Assembly: GCA_963752255.1 (NCBI GenBank)
Contig: CAVVXT010000019.1
Location: forward strand, 384,001 to 448,000
Direction: 5' to 3'
Source of the DNA: Nitrososphaeria archaeon
GTDB taxonomy: Archaea > Thermoproteota > Nitrososphaeria > JACIWG01
Length of the DNA: 64,000 nucleotides
Shown here in pieces: positions 1 to 9,699 of this stretch. Position 1 is the first letter of the stretch. The number at the start of each line of letters is the position of its first letter. The notes below the pieces were generated by a model. It was not told the origin of the DNA. It did no database searches and saw nothing but the letters and a program-made list of their open reading frames with translations. Both the position numbers and the translations under genes were made by a program.

Positions 1-286
1 AGTCAATGCTGGCCTTTGTTAGCTGTGCGCAGAAACTTAGCTCTACCGGCGGCGAGTCAGCGCCCAGAACCGGAATAGGGTTGCTTACAGTGAAAACTGG
101 GTTACCGTATTTTTGAACATCGGATGTGAAATTAACAGGTGCGCACCATAGTTCTTGGTCAGCTGCTATGTCAGAGGTCGCGTAATTGAAGAGTGAAGGC
201 CGCTGGCGCATTATGTGCTGGACTACTAGGTTAATTCCATTTTCGTTGATGGCAACGTATAGGTCACAATTATCTGTTAATGCCAT
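1..286 (-). CDS. hypothetical protein, 5' part (runs off the left edge; not in ORF track)
   Basis: ATG at 286 opens a stop-free frame to base 2: MALTDNCDLYVAINENGINLVVQHIMRQRPSLFNYATSD...; TATA-like TTTAAATA about 30 bp upstream. Confidence 0.75.
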   Translation of the reverse strand, partial: MALTDNCDLYVAINENGINLVVQHIMRQRPSLFNYATSDIAADQELWCAPVNFTSDVQKYGNPVFTVSNPIPVLGADSPPVELSFCAQLTKASID

Positions 287-957
287 TAGTTTTCAGGGAA
301 TTAATCAGTATCATCTTATTTAAACTTTTCAAAAAAAGTGTCAATAAATGACGTCTTTTTTGGCTTATTTTAATTAAAGTTTAATTATTATAGAAAAATA
401 AGGATAAAATTATATTCAAAGTTCTCTATAGTGAACTCAGTAACATCAATCAGATAATTGCAGATATTTTGCAATCATATCTATGTGGGCATGTTGATTC
501 ATTTGTATTCATAATTCCGACAGAAGACATTAACATAAGAGAGAGGATATATGATATTTTTCAGACTATGATAGACACACTAGTATACTTAGGCGTTAAT
601 TCAAGGAAGATATCTAATGAGCGTGCAGTTTATCCGATAATTGAAGAAGAATCTAGAACATATGAGAAAGTTAAAGATATTGGTGGGACTTATACCTAAA
701 TGGGTTCGAGTCTCTATAATATGATGATATTGGGATGCGGTGTCTGCGATTATATATCCATCCTGTGGTAATAATCTACACTTACAAAATAGGAAAGAAT
801 GAGAGAGTTAGCAAACTAAAAGGATAATTTAGTGAACAAGATGCCTACAAACTGTCCCATCTTAAATTTGGTATAATTTGTCTAACATTAGGAGTACATT
901 TTGGTATGATTCTGAAAAACCCTTTAATAAATTACAATATATTCACATACACAAGAA

Positions 958-1323
958 GTGAAGTTAAAAGTGATAGATAAAAGGAAAACATCAATCCTGC
1001 TCTCAATGGTTGCCATACTAGCAGTATTAAGTGGAGTTGCGATAACAGCACTTGCAGCAAGTGGACAAAATACTATAACAATTGGACAGAATACTACAGT
1101 GCTCGGACCAAATGTAATGGGACGGGTAGGACGAGGTCAGTGGTCTATATCTAAAGCAAATGTAATAAATATAACAGAACAAGATGGGGAAGTACTACTA
1201 GATTTACTTGATAAAGGTTACAACGTAACAGGAATAAGACCGATCATCGTATCAGTAATTGACGCAGATGGTGTAGTTACAAGACTATCGTGTCAATTTA
1301 GAATTAAACAGGTTATTATTTAA
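958..1323 (+). CDS. small secreted or membrane-anchored hypothetical protein, possibly internally deleted
   Basis: basic N-terminus plus hydrophobic signal (ILLSMVAILAVLSGVAITALA); upstream TTTAATAA. Confidence 0.55.
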   Translation: MKLKVIDKRKTSILLSMVAILAVLSGVAITALAASGQNTITIGQNTTVLGPNVMGRVGRGQWSISKANVINITEQDGEVLLDLLDKGYNVTGIRPIIVSVIDADGVVTRLSCQFRIKQVII

Positions 1324-1417
1324 CATTTAATCTTTAAAACACATATATCATGAAAATAATGAAACAAAACCTATGTTTTTTCTCTAGTGATGTGACAATA
1401 ATACGCAGCGACAACCT

Positions 1418-2251
1418 TTACTCTTCATATCTTGGTTTTACTCCTGAGACGTTTACGCTCAAAATTGAATCGCTAAGACTTTTTTCCCTCTGAGCAGACA
1501 TATGTGATTCTTTCACAAAGGTTTTTACGGTTTCGTCATCTGCGATGGTTTCAACAGAAAAGTGTGATTCTCCAATCACCTTCACATTCTGGAAGCCTGA
1601 GCGTGTGATTAGATTCAGATATTCATCTTTCATCATCGCGCCTGAGACGCATCCAACATAAGCTTTTACGTTTTTTTCAATAATCTTGGGAAGTCTCTTT
1701 AACAGAACTATGTCGGACACCATTATTCTTCCACCGGGCTTAAGAGCACGGAAGGCTTCTTTGAAGACCCTTTCTTTGTCAGCTGAGAGGTTTATGACGC
1801 AGTTCGAAATAACTATGTCTGCGGTGTTGTCTCCTACCGGAAGATTCTCAATCTCGCCCAGCCTGAATTCCACATTTTTGTATTTACTTTTTCTGGCGTT
1901 GTATCTTGCTTTATCTATCATTTCAGGTGTCATGTCGACCCCGATAACCTTTCCATTGGCACCGACCCTGTTTGCTGCAAGGAAACAGTCGAATCCGCCA
2001 CCAGAACCTAGGTCAAGGACGACCTCGCCTTCCTTTAAGGATGCGAGTGCCACGGGATTGCCGCATCCTAAACCCATGTTTGAACCTTCGGGGACGGAAA
2101 CAAGCTCCCCTTTGCTGTAGCCGATACGCTTGCTGACTTTGTCGCTTGTACTGTTTGAAGGTGTTCCGCAGCAGAGGGAACTTTGGCGTCTGGCTACTCC
2201 CGCATAATTTTCTCGGACGATCTTCTTGATCTTATCATTATCCATCTTCAT
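1418..2251 (-). CDS. arsM: arsenite S-adenosylmethionine methyltransferase
   Basis: N-terminal CC, GLGCGNP, SAM motif VLDLGSGGGFD, NCVINLS and GCVSGA (the ArsM cysteines); start at 2251 or 2245. Confidence 0.9.
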   Translation of the reverse strand: MKMDNDKIKKIVRENYAGVARRQSSLCCGTPSNSTSDKVSKRIGYSKGELVSVPEGSNMGLGCGNPVALASLKEGEVVLDLGSGGGFDCFLAANRVGANGKVIGVDMTPEMIDKARYNARKSKYKNVEFRLGEIENLPVGDNTADIVISNCVINLSADKERVFKEAFRALKPGGRIMVSDIVLLKRLPKIIEKNVKAYVGCVSGAMMKDEYLNLITRSGFQNVKVIGESHFSVETIADDETVKTFVKESHMSAQREKSLSDSILSVNVSGVKPRYEE

Positions 2252-2261
2252 CACTTTTCCA

Positions 2262-2501
2262 CTATAGAGCATCCTTGAGTAGAGGACTCAGTGTTTTACT
2301 AACCGAGCTGTCTAGCTTCTCTGTCTTGATCATTATAATACAGCAGATTGCGTTGTCTCGTTCGCAGCCTATGATCGCCAACTTGTCGTTCGGTTTTAAA
2401 TCTGCTTTTTCTCTTACGTCCTTTGGTATAACTATTTGACCTTTCTCGTCCACGGTCACTACCGCGTTTATACTGCAGCATCCTTCACTATCTTTGCTCA
2501 T
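2262..2501 (-). CDS. AbrB/MazE/SpoVT-family DNA-binding protein with two Cys-Cys pairs (resembles the HgcAB-associated small protein)
   Basis: VTVDEKGQIVIPKDVREKADLKPNDKL AbrB signature; GCC and ICC motifs; directly upstream of arsM on the same strand. Confidence 0.85.
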   Translation of the reverse strand: MSKDSEGCCSINAVVTVDEKGQIVIPKDVREKADLKPNDKLAIIGCERDNAICCIIMIKTEKLDSSVSKTLSPLLKDAL

Positions 2502-2515
2502 TTATTTAATACCAC

Positions 2516-2572
2516 ATCTGAACATAATATTCAGATTATTTAAATCTTTCTGAAAAATAGGAATATTCAGAT
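2516..2572. promoter_or_regulatory. two palindromic operator-like sites flanking the TATA box of the AbrB-arsM operon
   Basis: ATCTGAA-N7-TTCAGAT (2516-2536) and TCTGAA-N11-TTCAGA (2549-2571); minus-strand TTTAAATA between them. Confidence 0.6.
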
Positions 2573-2773
2573 AAATCATTCAAGGTACATATTTCTATCC
2601 TTAAGAAATCTAACTCAAAAAGGATATTGAACCATTTTCCCTCTATCTAAGGGAAGAATTAATAGTTTAATATCGGAGAGCTGGAAGGCGAATATTTGGC
2701 ATGATTCTTATTAATAATCCTTGACGCGTTTACTGGTTGAAGGGCAACCGAGTAATCTAAGGTCTGAGGTTGA

Positions 2774-3355
2774 TTAGGAATACATATTTTCGTATTCTGT
2801 GACAAGCTGATCTAATGGAACATTGAAGAGGTCTTGGAACGAATTTCTTGAATAGGTGTTACCTATCAGCCTTTTTGAAAGTAATGTTACAGCACCTGGA
2901 TTTTTCTTTTCAAGCCAAAATAGGAAATGTGCTGTTGTCTGATATCCTGAAAGAGCCTTCCCCTTTTCAAAGTGCGGGTATGATGTTCCACTTTGAAAAC
3001 CAAGGGTATTCCTAACATAATCCGCTATTCCTTCAATAAGCCACGATGTTTCTCCATCGTATCTTGGGCAACGGTGGATTGTATGTGTAAACTCATGTAT
3101 TATTGCACCGTCGTCTGTTTGTTGGCTGAAATATTGGTTGCTTAGGGTTACTGTTGTTCCGGAAGTGGAAGCAGGCACTTGAATCTCATTTGAGACTTTG
3201 ACTTCAATATTAGGAACATCCGGAGAGCCAAGTATAGACTGGATTCTTAGGTGAATACTTCTTATAGAGGTCGACTGCTCGCGACCAGAGTTTATATTCA
3301 GGAGTTTGCTCACTTGGCGAGTATGAATATAAACTATTAAACCAAGACATATCAA
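2774..3355 (-). CDS. basic secretory protein (BSP)-family zinc peptidase-like protein; start uncertain
   Basis: IIHEFTH (HExxH) followed by WLIEGIADYVR and GYQTTAHFLFWL. Confidence 0.75.
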   Translation of the reverse strand: MICLGLIVYIHTRQVSKLLNINSGREQSTSIRSIHLRIQSILGSPDVPNIEVKVSNEIQVPASTSGTTVTLSNQYFSQQTDDGAIIHEFTHTIHRCPRYDGETSWLIEGIADYVRNTLGFQSGTSYPHFEKGKALSGYQTTAHFLFWLEKKNPGAVTLLSKRLIGNTYSRNSFQDLFNVPLDQLVTEYENMYS

Positions 3356-3813
3356 AAACTTTTTAGTAATAATCTGAGTATAAACCTTTCGGAATGCAAA
3401 AAGAGATACAAACCTAGCTGATGACGATAAAAGAACGCAAAGGACTGACTTTTTTCAAGATCGATTTACCACATTCTTTCAGCTATCTCGAAGCGAAAAT
3501 AGTGAATCAAAATAACGCTCTAAGGTTATCTAATTCCAAAATACCTGATCGAGAGGTTTAAAATCGTTTTCAACCAATCTTTCTCCGAAGGTAAACACAC
3601 CCGGGGATCCTGAAAGCATCAGTGGTATGTAATATAAGCCGAAGACTGCCACCTGCATCACCAGTGCCTTTCTCACAGAAAATAGGCGTTCAAGTCTGGT
3701 CTGTAGAAAGCCTATAAAGGGATATTTAGCATAACACTTCGTGCCTAGGAGTCTTTGGAAAAGCGCCTTTAACTTCCGATCTAGGACTACTCTATGAACT
3801 AGGTATTCTCGTC

Positions 3814-4167
3814 GTGCTTCTTATAGTGTTAAAATTTCACAAGATAAAGACAAAACAGACTCTTTCAAGACATCATCGCGCTATGGTGGTTGTCATAATC
3901 TTGGGTTTTATAGTTACTCTTTCCATCATGGTGCCTTCATTTCTAAATTTCTTTTCTGCCAAGGTTGATTTACTGTCATTTTTTGCACTCTTAACCATAT
4001 TTCATGCCTTGATGGGAGCTTTTGCGTTAGCTTATGGTATAATACTTGCCATAAACGTAAGACCGAGAAGGCTGAGAAGATGGATGCGTATTGCGATGTT
4101 CTTATGGTTATTTGCTATAGTTCTTGGTTTAATTTTATTCCTACAAATATATGGTTATTTGCCATAG
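3814..4167 (+). CDS. DUF420-like small membrane protein
   Basis: three to four hydrophobic helices with conserved-looking His residues (HHRAM, IFHALMG). Confidence 0.6.
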   Translation: MLLIVLKFHKIKTKQTLSRHHRAMVVVIILGFIVTLSIMVPSFLNFFSAKVDLLSFFALLTIFHALMGAFALAYGIILAINVRPRRLRRWMRIAMFLWLFAIVLGLILFLQIYGYLP

Positions 4168-4396
4168 TTTGCATGTGCAATCAGATAATTGGTCTACTTA
4201 AACCCATAATAGATTCTGCTGTGAAATGACGTTCTATTGGAAATTTTCTTAATAAAATTGATTTCCTTTTTAAATTATTAGATTTCTATTAAAAAATTAA
4301 GAGATATCCCAATTAAGGTGAACCCTTATATTCAGGGTAAAAAGTTATAAAATAGAGAAGTATGATTCGTAGATTAGTATTAGAGAGGTGGCTTAA

Positions 4397-4903
4397 ATGA
4401 ACACTCGGAATTTAGTTGCGATTGTAGCAGTGATTATTATCATTATCATCGCTGCAAGTGCATATGTGCTTTTTATGATGGGGCCAACTAGTACAACGAG
4501 TACAATGACCATGACAACAAGTACGACTGGATCCACTTCAACAACTTCGACGACTTCGACTACTCCAACGTCGACAACTTCCACCACAACAACGTCGACA
4601 ACGAGCACAACTGCTGGAGTTACAACTATCACTATGGTTGCCCAAAATTATAAGTTCAACGGAACAAACCCGACGATCCACCTAAACGTTGGTCAAACGG
4701 TCAAGTTTGTGTTTATCAACAACGATAGTGACACGATAACTCATTCTTTCTATATAAAGAATTTAACTAACGCTGCGACGCCTATCATAAACCCAGGCCA
4801 AACCGCGTCCTTTATATTCACATTTAGTACTGCTGGGAACTATACCTACGCCTGCTCAGTTCATCCAAGCTTGATGTTCGGAAATATAATTGTTCAGGGG
4901 TAA
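4397..4903 (+). CDS. membrane-anchored cupredoxin (type 1 blue copper) with Thr/Ser-rich stalk
   Basis: N-terminal TM, about 45-aa T/S linker, THSF...YACSVHPSLM (His/Cys/His/Met ligands). Confidence 0.85.
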   Translation: MNTRNLVAIVAVIIIIIIAASAYVLFMMGPTSTTSTMTMTTSTTGSTSTTSTTSTTPTSTTSTTTTSTTSTTAGVTTITMVAQNYKFNGTNPTIHLNVGQTVKFVFINNDSDTITHSFYIKNLTNAATPIINPGQTASFIFTFSTAGNYTYACSVHPSLMFGNIIVQG

Positions 4904-5287
4904 TTACGGCTTTGTCCTTCCTTAACACGGGTTTAAAACTTGAATCAATCACTTGGCAAGTCTCAAATCACTTAGCATCTCTACACGTCTCACGTGAATA
5001 CAAGAAACGATTCAACTTGATCCGTCGAGAATAACCTCTGGGAAGGTTCGAAATCTGAATTGGCGAGTTAATTTGATTGTTAGACGATAGTTTAGGGAAC
5101 TCGATTGAAACAGTAATAGGGGTAAACAAGAAGGAGCCGTAATCGCTGTAATCAGATTCTCGTTTATTATATTATCGTCATCTAGGAAAAAATTGTCCTT
5201 TTAAAATTCGTAATATGTCTTAGGTCACTGAACTCTTTAAACATATGGGACTCCTTAACCATTTGGCTCTGAACTTTTCCTTCGATC

Positions 5288-6409
5288 TTAGACGATACAA
5301 GAAGCGTCAACGATACTCTTTATCTCAGCGTTCAATGCTTCCGGCAAGCCAAGAATGCTTACATCCATGAAGCCACGAATGATAAGCGAAATTGCCTTGT
5401 CCCGTGACAGTTTACGCGTCATCAAGTAGGTGATTTCTTTCTCGCTAATCTTGCCCACTGCTGCTTCATGCGTTATCTCAACTCCTTTTTTCATTGCAAT
5501 AAGTTCCGGAATGGACTGCATAAACGAATCGTCATCCATAAGCAACCCGCGGCACTCCAAGTGACCTTTGCAATCTGAGTTGTCACCTTCAATCATTCCG
5601 CGAATTATCATTTTGGAACCCTCACGAGCTATGGCGCGACTCACCATCTCAGCCCTGCTGCCCTTCCCTGAAAGAACCGCTTTGCTGCCAATGTCCAGCA
5701 GGCTGTTTTTCTGCCCGTACAGGATGCTGTTAAAACTCACCCGTGAATCATTGCCATTGCAGTAAGCCACAGGATACATCTGCACATCACGGACAGGGCG
5801 CATACATACATAATTCGAGACGAACGTGGCATTATCGCCGATTTCAGCCGCGCTTCTCGGCCGCACGAGCGTTTTTTCGCTCCACTGATGAATCATCGTA
5901 AAATTCAACATAGCGTTCTTTTTCACATAGATCTCGCTTATTCCTAAATGGGAAGCGTTCGCCACAGAAGAATACTGTAAGCAGCTGGTGATGATGTGTG
6001 CTTTCGAGTCTTCCTCAGCTATAATTATGTTGTGTACACGCTGCTCTAAGTTTGGCTGTGTAATCATCAAACATGATTGAAGTGGAAAAGTAATTTCAGC
6101 GCCAGGCATTATGTGCATGAAGTAGCCGCCGCTGTAGTCTTCTGCCACTTTCTTGGTAAATTCATCCTTGTCTTTACTTACGATTTTCCACATGTAGTCG
6201 TTAAGCCAAGAGTACTTGCTCAAAGCAGCTTTAATGTCCATAATCTCCAGTTTACCCTCATAGAACTCGTTGACTTTAGCAGCTACCGTCTCCTGATTCA
6301 AGTGAAAAAATGTAGCTGAGCGGTTCTTCGCCTCCACTTCCAAACCCGCTTTCTCAGCTTCAGCGAGAATGTCATGCGGAACTTTGGTCAATCCGCTTTC
6401 TTTGCTCAT
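5288..6409 (-). CDS. sufB: SufB/SufD-family Fe-S assembly protein (SmsB type)
   Basis: PLQSC, EQRVHN, GHLECRGLL, THEAAVGKI, YLMTR; start taken at MSKES (6409), overlapping the sufC end. Confidence 0.88.
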   Translation of the reverse strand: MSKESGLTKVPHDILAEAEKAGLEVEAKNRSATFFHLNQETVAAKVNEFYEGKLEIMDIKAALSKYSWLNDYMWKIVSKDKDEFTKKVAEDYSGGYFMHIMPGAEITFPLQSCLMITQPNLEQRVHNIIIAEEDSKAHIITSCLQYSSVANASHLGISEIYVKKNAMLNFTMIHQWSEKTLVRPRSAAEIGDNATFVSNYVCMRPVRDVQMYPVAYCNGNDSRVSFNSILYGQKNSLLDIGSKAVLSGKGSRAEMVSRAIAREGSKMIIRGMIEGDNSDCKGHLECRGLLMDDDSFMQSIPELIAMKKGVEITHEAAVGKISEKEITYLMTRKLSRDKAISLIIRGFMDVSILGLPEALNAEIKSIVDASCIV

Positions 6410-7169
6410 TTTTCCATCCCCCGCATGTTCTTCTTCTGCAAGCCACGCACTCCTCGTAGCCCAACCGCTTGATATCCTCATAAATACTCATCGGGTCAGT
6501 GAAACAGTGGAATTGCCCCTCAAGCAGTATGCAGCCATAACCTGCTTTCACATACTCCAGAATGTCGCCTTTATGTGTGATGATAAACGCGGAACTTCCT
6601 GAACTCTCCACATAACGCTGAATCTCAATCGCAATCATCCGCAGGCTCTCCACATCCACGCCCGAATCAGGCTCATCCAGCAACAGCAACTTTGGCTTTA
6701 GGAAAAGCAACTGCAGAATCTCAGAGCGCTTCCTCTCTCCACCACTGAAGCCCACGTTGACGTCTCGGTTAAGAAAGCTGGTTAACCGAAAAGCCTCAAT
6801 CTGCTCCATTTCTTCGGCGCTGAACTCGTCAGTCTCGGTCTTGCCCAAACACAGCTTCAGCAGGTCACCCAGCTTCACACCAGTTATCTCTGGAGGATTT
6901 TGGAAACCAACAATCATGCCTAGCTTTGCCCGCTCGTCAATGCCCTTCTCTGTGATGTCCACACCTTTGAAAAATATTTTGCCGGAGATCACTTCGTAGC
7001 CTGGCAGCCCCATGAGTGTGCTGATTAGTGTGGTCTTCCCCGAGCCGTTAGGTCCGAAGAGGATATGATTCACACCTTCCTTGAGGCTGAAGTTTAAATC
7101 TTTTAGTATAAGCTTGCCTTCAACTTTGACTGATAAGCCTTTGACTTCAAGCATGTCCATGGCAATCAA
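6372..7169 (-). CDS. sufC: SufC-type ABC ATPase (SmsC type, C-terminal CxxC)
   Basis: GPNGSGKT, FSGGERKRSE, LLDEPDSGVD, ITH; C-terminal ECVAC. Confidence 0.9.
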   Translation of the reverse strand: MIAMDMLEVKGLSVKVEGKLILKDLNFSLKEGVNHILFGPNGSGKTTLISTLMGLPGYEVISGKIFFKGVDITEKGIDERAKLGMIVGFQNPPEITGVKLGDLLKLCLGKTETDEFSAEEMEQIEAFRLTSFLNRDVNVGFSGGERKRSEILQLLFLKPKLLLLDEPDSGVDVESLRMIAIEIQRYVESSGSSAFIITHKGDILEYVKAGYGCILLEGQFHCFTDPMSIYEDIKRLGYEECVACRRRTCGGWKNEQRKRIDQSSA

Positions 7170-7419
7170 GATGCTTTGTTTTCAAGAAAAATAAACTTTC
7201 CGACCTTCTCCTTCGATGATCGCAAATTTAAGGATTTCAATAATTTTGCATATAGAATTATCTTCTCAGATTATTTGCTTAATAGCGTGCTAACAATTTA
7301 TTTTCGTATCAGAATTATCATCATAGCTCTCCATTAGTTTCTTAACAGGTTCCGAATCTTCTGTTCTCAATTCCTTTTTTTCCAATTTCGTTTGCTGTAT
7401 ATACTTAGTTAACTTCCAT

Positions 7420-8112
7420 TTATTTTATGGAGTACAGACCTGCTTGCATGTAAGAGTACCATAGAATTTCCGCGGTTGAAAATCCAGTCTTCCTCAAAAG
7501 CGAAAGATGGCCCATTATGGTAATTGGAAAGTATTCGACGTCGAATCTACGAAGATTTTTCTCAACGGCTGCGGCGTCTCTTCCCTTTGCCAGTTGGAAA
7601 TGTTTCCAATATTCTTTTCCAAATACAATGCCTTCAGGTGTCATGGGTCGCACATTTTCAAAGGTTATGTAGACCCCTCCGAGTGGCATAAGTTCAAAAC
7701 AAACCTTAGTTGCCTTAGCTCTCTCACCGCTCGCCAAGTAATGATGGGATTGAATCGCTGTGATGATATCAAGTTTTTTCCCAAAATCTCCCAAATCTTG
7801 GGTTACTGCAGGCTCCAAGAACTCGACTCTGTCGCTGGATACATGTGCCAGCTTTTTCTTGGCCATTAGAAGCATCTTTTCAGAAGGGTCAGCCAGTATG
7901 AAGTGTGTATTTGGAAAAGTAAACAATGCCTTTTCAACGAATGTACCAGTTCCACATCCCGTGTCAAGCCACATATGCGGTTCCTTTCGCGTCGCTTTTA
8001 CAAAGTTGATTGCCTCTTCATGAAAAGTGTCATAATAAGGAATTGTAGCACGAATTTGCGCGTCATAATCTACAGCTAAATATGGAGTGGCGTTGTCAAA
8101 CTCCATGTTCAT
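7420..8112 (-). CDS. class I SAM-dependent methyltransferase (CmoA-like)
   Basis: IPYYD, WLDTGCGTG, ADPSEKML, AIQSHHYL; start at 8112 or 8106. Confidence 0.8.
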   Translation of the reverse strand: MNMEFDNATPYLAVDYDAQIRATIPYYDTFHEEAINFVKATRKEPHMWLDTGCGTGTFVEKALFTFPNTHFILADPSEKMLLMAKKKLAHVSSDRVEFLEPAVTQDLGDFGKKLDIITAIQSHHYLASGERAKATKVCFELMPLGGVYITFENVRPMTPEGIVFGKEYWKHFQLAKGRDAAAVEKNLRRFDVEYFPITIMGHLSLLRKTGFSTAEILWYSYMQAGLYSIK

Positions 8113-8487
8113 CTCTCCAGAAGTAAAAAAGAGTATTTGTTTCTTAAAGCTTTCGCTTCTGAGCAAGGATGCTTCTCAAAAAACATATCCAGCGCGAGCT
8201 GGATGTAGACAAACAAGATTCTATAATCTACAAAAATAGACTATAATTAAATTTTTATTCTTATTTGAAAACCTTTAATCCTCAAAGATGAAAGGTTTGT
8301 CAAGTGGAATTTCCACATAACAAATATCATCTCGTCTTATAAAACTTTCCAACATCCTCCTTACTTGTTTTGATTTCTTTCTTCAAATTAAAATAGATCG
8401 TGCTTTGACCATTAGTAGAGATTTTATTAACGTTATTGATGTGCACTAGTTATATATTTAAGAACACACCGCAATCTAGGTCTCGAC

Positions 8488-9111
8488 ATGAAAAATATGA
8501 TTATGAGTGCTAATGTAGAAAAATTTGTCAGATTCTACAATAGCGAATTCGGAAAAAAAGTAATGGAAAAAGAAGCTGAATACGTCTTCAATGAATTAAG
8601 GAATTGTGAACAAATTCTTGATGTTGGTTGCGGCATAGGCTCATTTGAACAATATCTTCCCAACCTTAACATCATAGGTTTAGACAGCTCAAAGGAAATG
8701 TTAGAAGAAGCAAGAAAGGGAAGCGACAAGACTTTCATCCTAGGCAACGCGGAGGACCTGAAGTTCAAAGATTCCACATTCGATGCAGTTTTCACCGTGA
8801 CAACCCTGGAATTCCTTGACAACTACAAGAAAGCCGTAGAAGAGATAGCCAGAGTTACAAAACAACATGGTAAAATCTTGGCAATGATGCTGAATCCTGA
8901 GTCCGAATATTTTAAAGAAGGGATAAAGAAGCCTGGTGACTATTTCAAAAGAGTAAAACATATGAATCCAGAAGAAATTGGAGCTCATATATCACATTTC
9001 TATGCAATAACTAAGGAAGAATATTTTCTAGGTATAAGGAGCCAAAATATCTTTGACACAGGTGATAAGAGATATGCGAGTTTGTATGTTGTTGTTGGAA
9101 TAAAGAAATGA
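8488..9111 (+). CDS. class I SAM-dependent methyltransferase (Methyltransf_11-like)
   Basis: ILDVGCGIG, GLDSSKEML, FKDSTFDAVF. Confidence 0.85.
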   Translation: MKNMIMSANVEKFVRFYNSEFGKKVMEKEAEYVFNELRNCEQILDVGCGIGSFEQYLPNLNIIGLDSSKEMLEEARKGSDKTFILGNAEDLKFKDSTFDAVFTVTTLEFLDNYKKAVEEIARVTKQHGKILAMMLNPESEYFKEGIKKPGDYFKRVKHMNPEEIGAHISHFYAITKEEYFLGIRSQNIFDTGDKRYASLYVVVGIKK

Positions 9112-9699
9112 AGCAAATAGTAGCGATTTCTATATGAAGCGTATCTGGAATAAAGCGGTTTTGGTAGCCCAAGGATAGAGAGAATGATAATCTTATTGAT
9201 TAGGCTAGACTCCAAATAAACCCTACCTATGATTACTTTAAGTTACTATTATGTTTAACTTACTGATGCTTTGGGGAAGGACTCTTTATTCTATGTTATT
9301 TCCTTCAACGGAGAATGTGAACTCAATTCCACCAAACCCTTTTTGTTCTTCGTTCAGTTTCTCATCCCATATAGGTTCTCCTGTTGGCTTTCTGGGGAGG
9401 GAGTCTTGGCTATATCTAAAAATGTTTTGAGAGAAGGTTGTATAGATCTCCTGTCTGCGTTCTTGATAATTTGGTTATAGTTCCTTTCCTTAGAGAAAGA
9501 CAATTTAATAAAAAAAGGCAATACTGTCTTGATCTACTTCCTATTAGAATATTTTGGGAAAATCTTTCTCCTTCCAAATTGCTTCAAATCAAGGAAAAAG
9601 TTAGGATAGATAGTATTTGAAGGGCCATGCTTATTTAATCTCATAAATCAAGCTCTTTTATCCTTGCCATTTGATCTGTAGGTGTTAATTTTCATTGGC

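Noticed and set aside
469-830. ORF 469-699, and similar fragments at 9230-9620, 10974-11159 and 15804-16040
   Set aside because: Probably gene scars with stops and shifts; no family could be supported
3600-3670. Cobalamin riboswitch B12 box or 23S rRNA fragment
   Set aside because: AAGCCGAAGACTGCC and CTGAAAGCATC are short partial matches without the surrounding core
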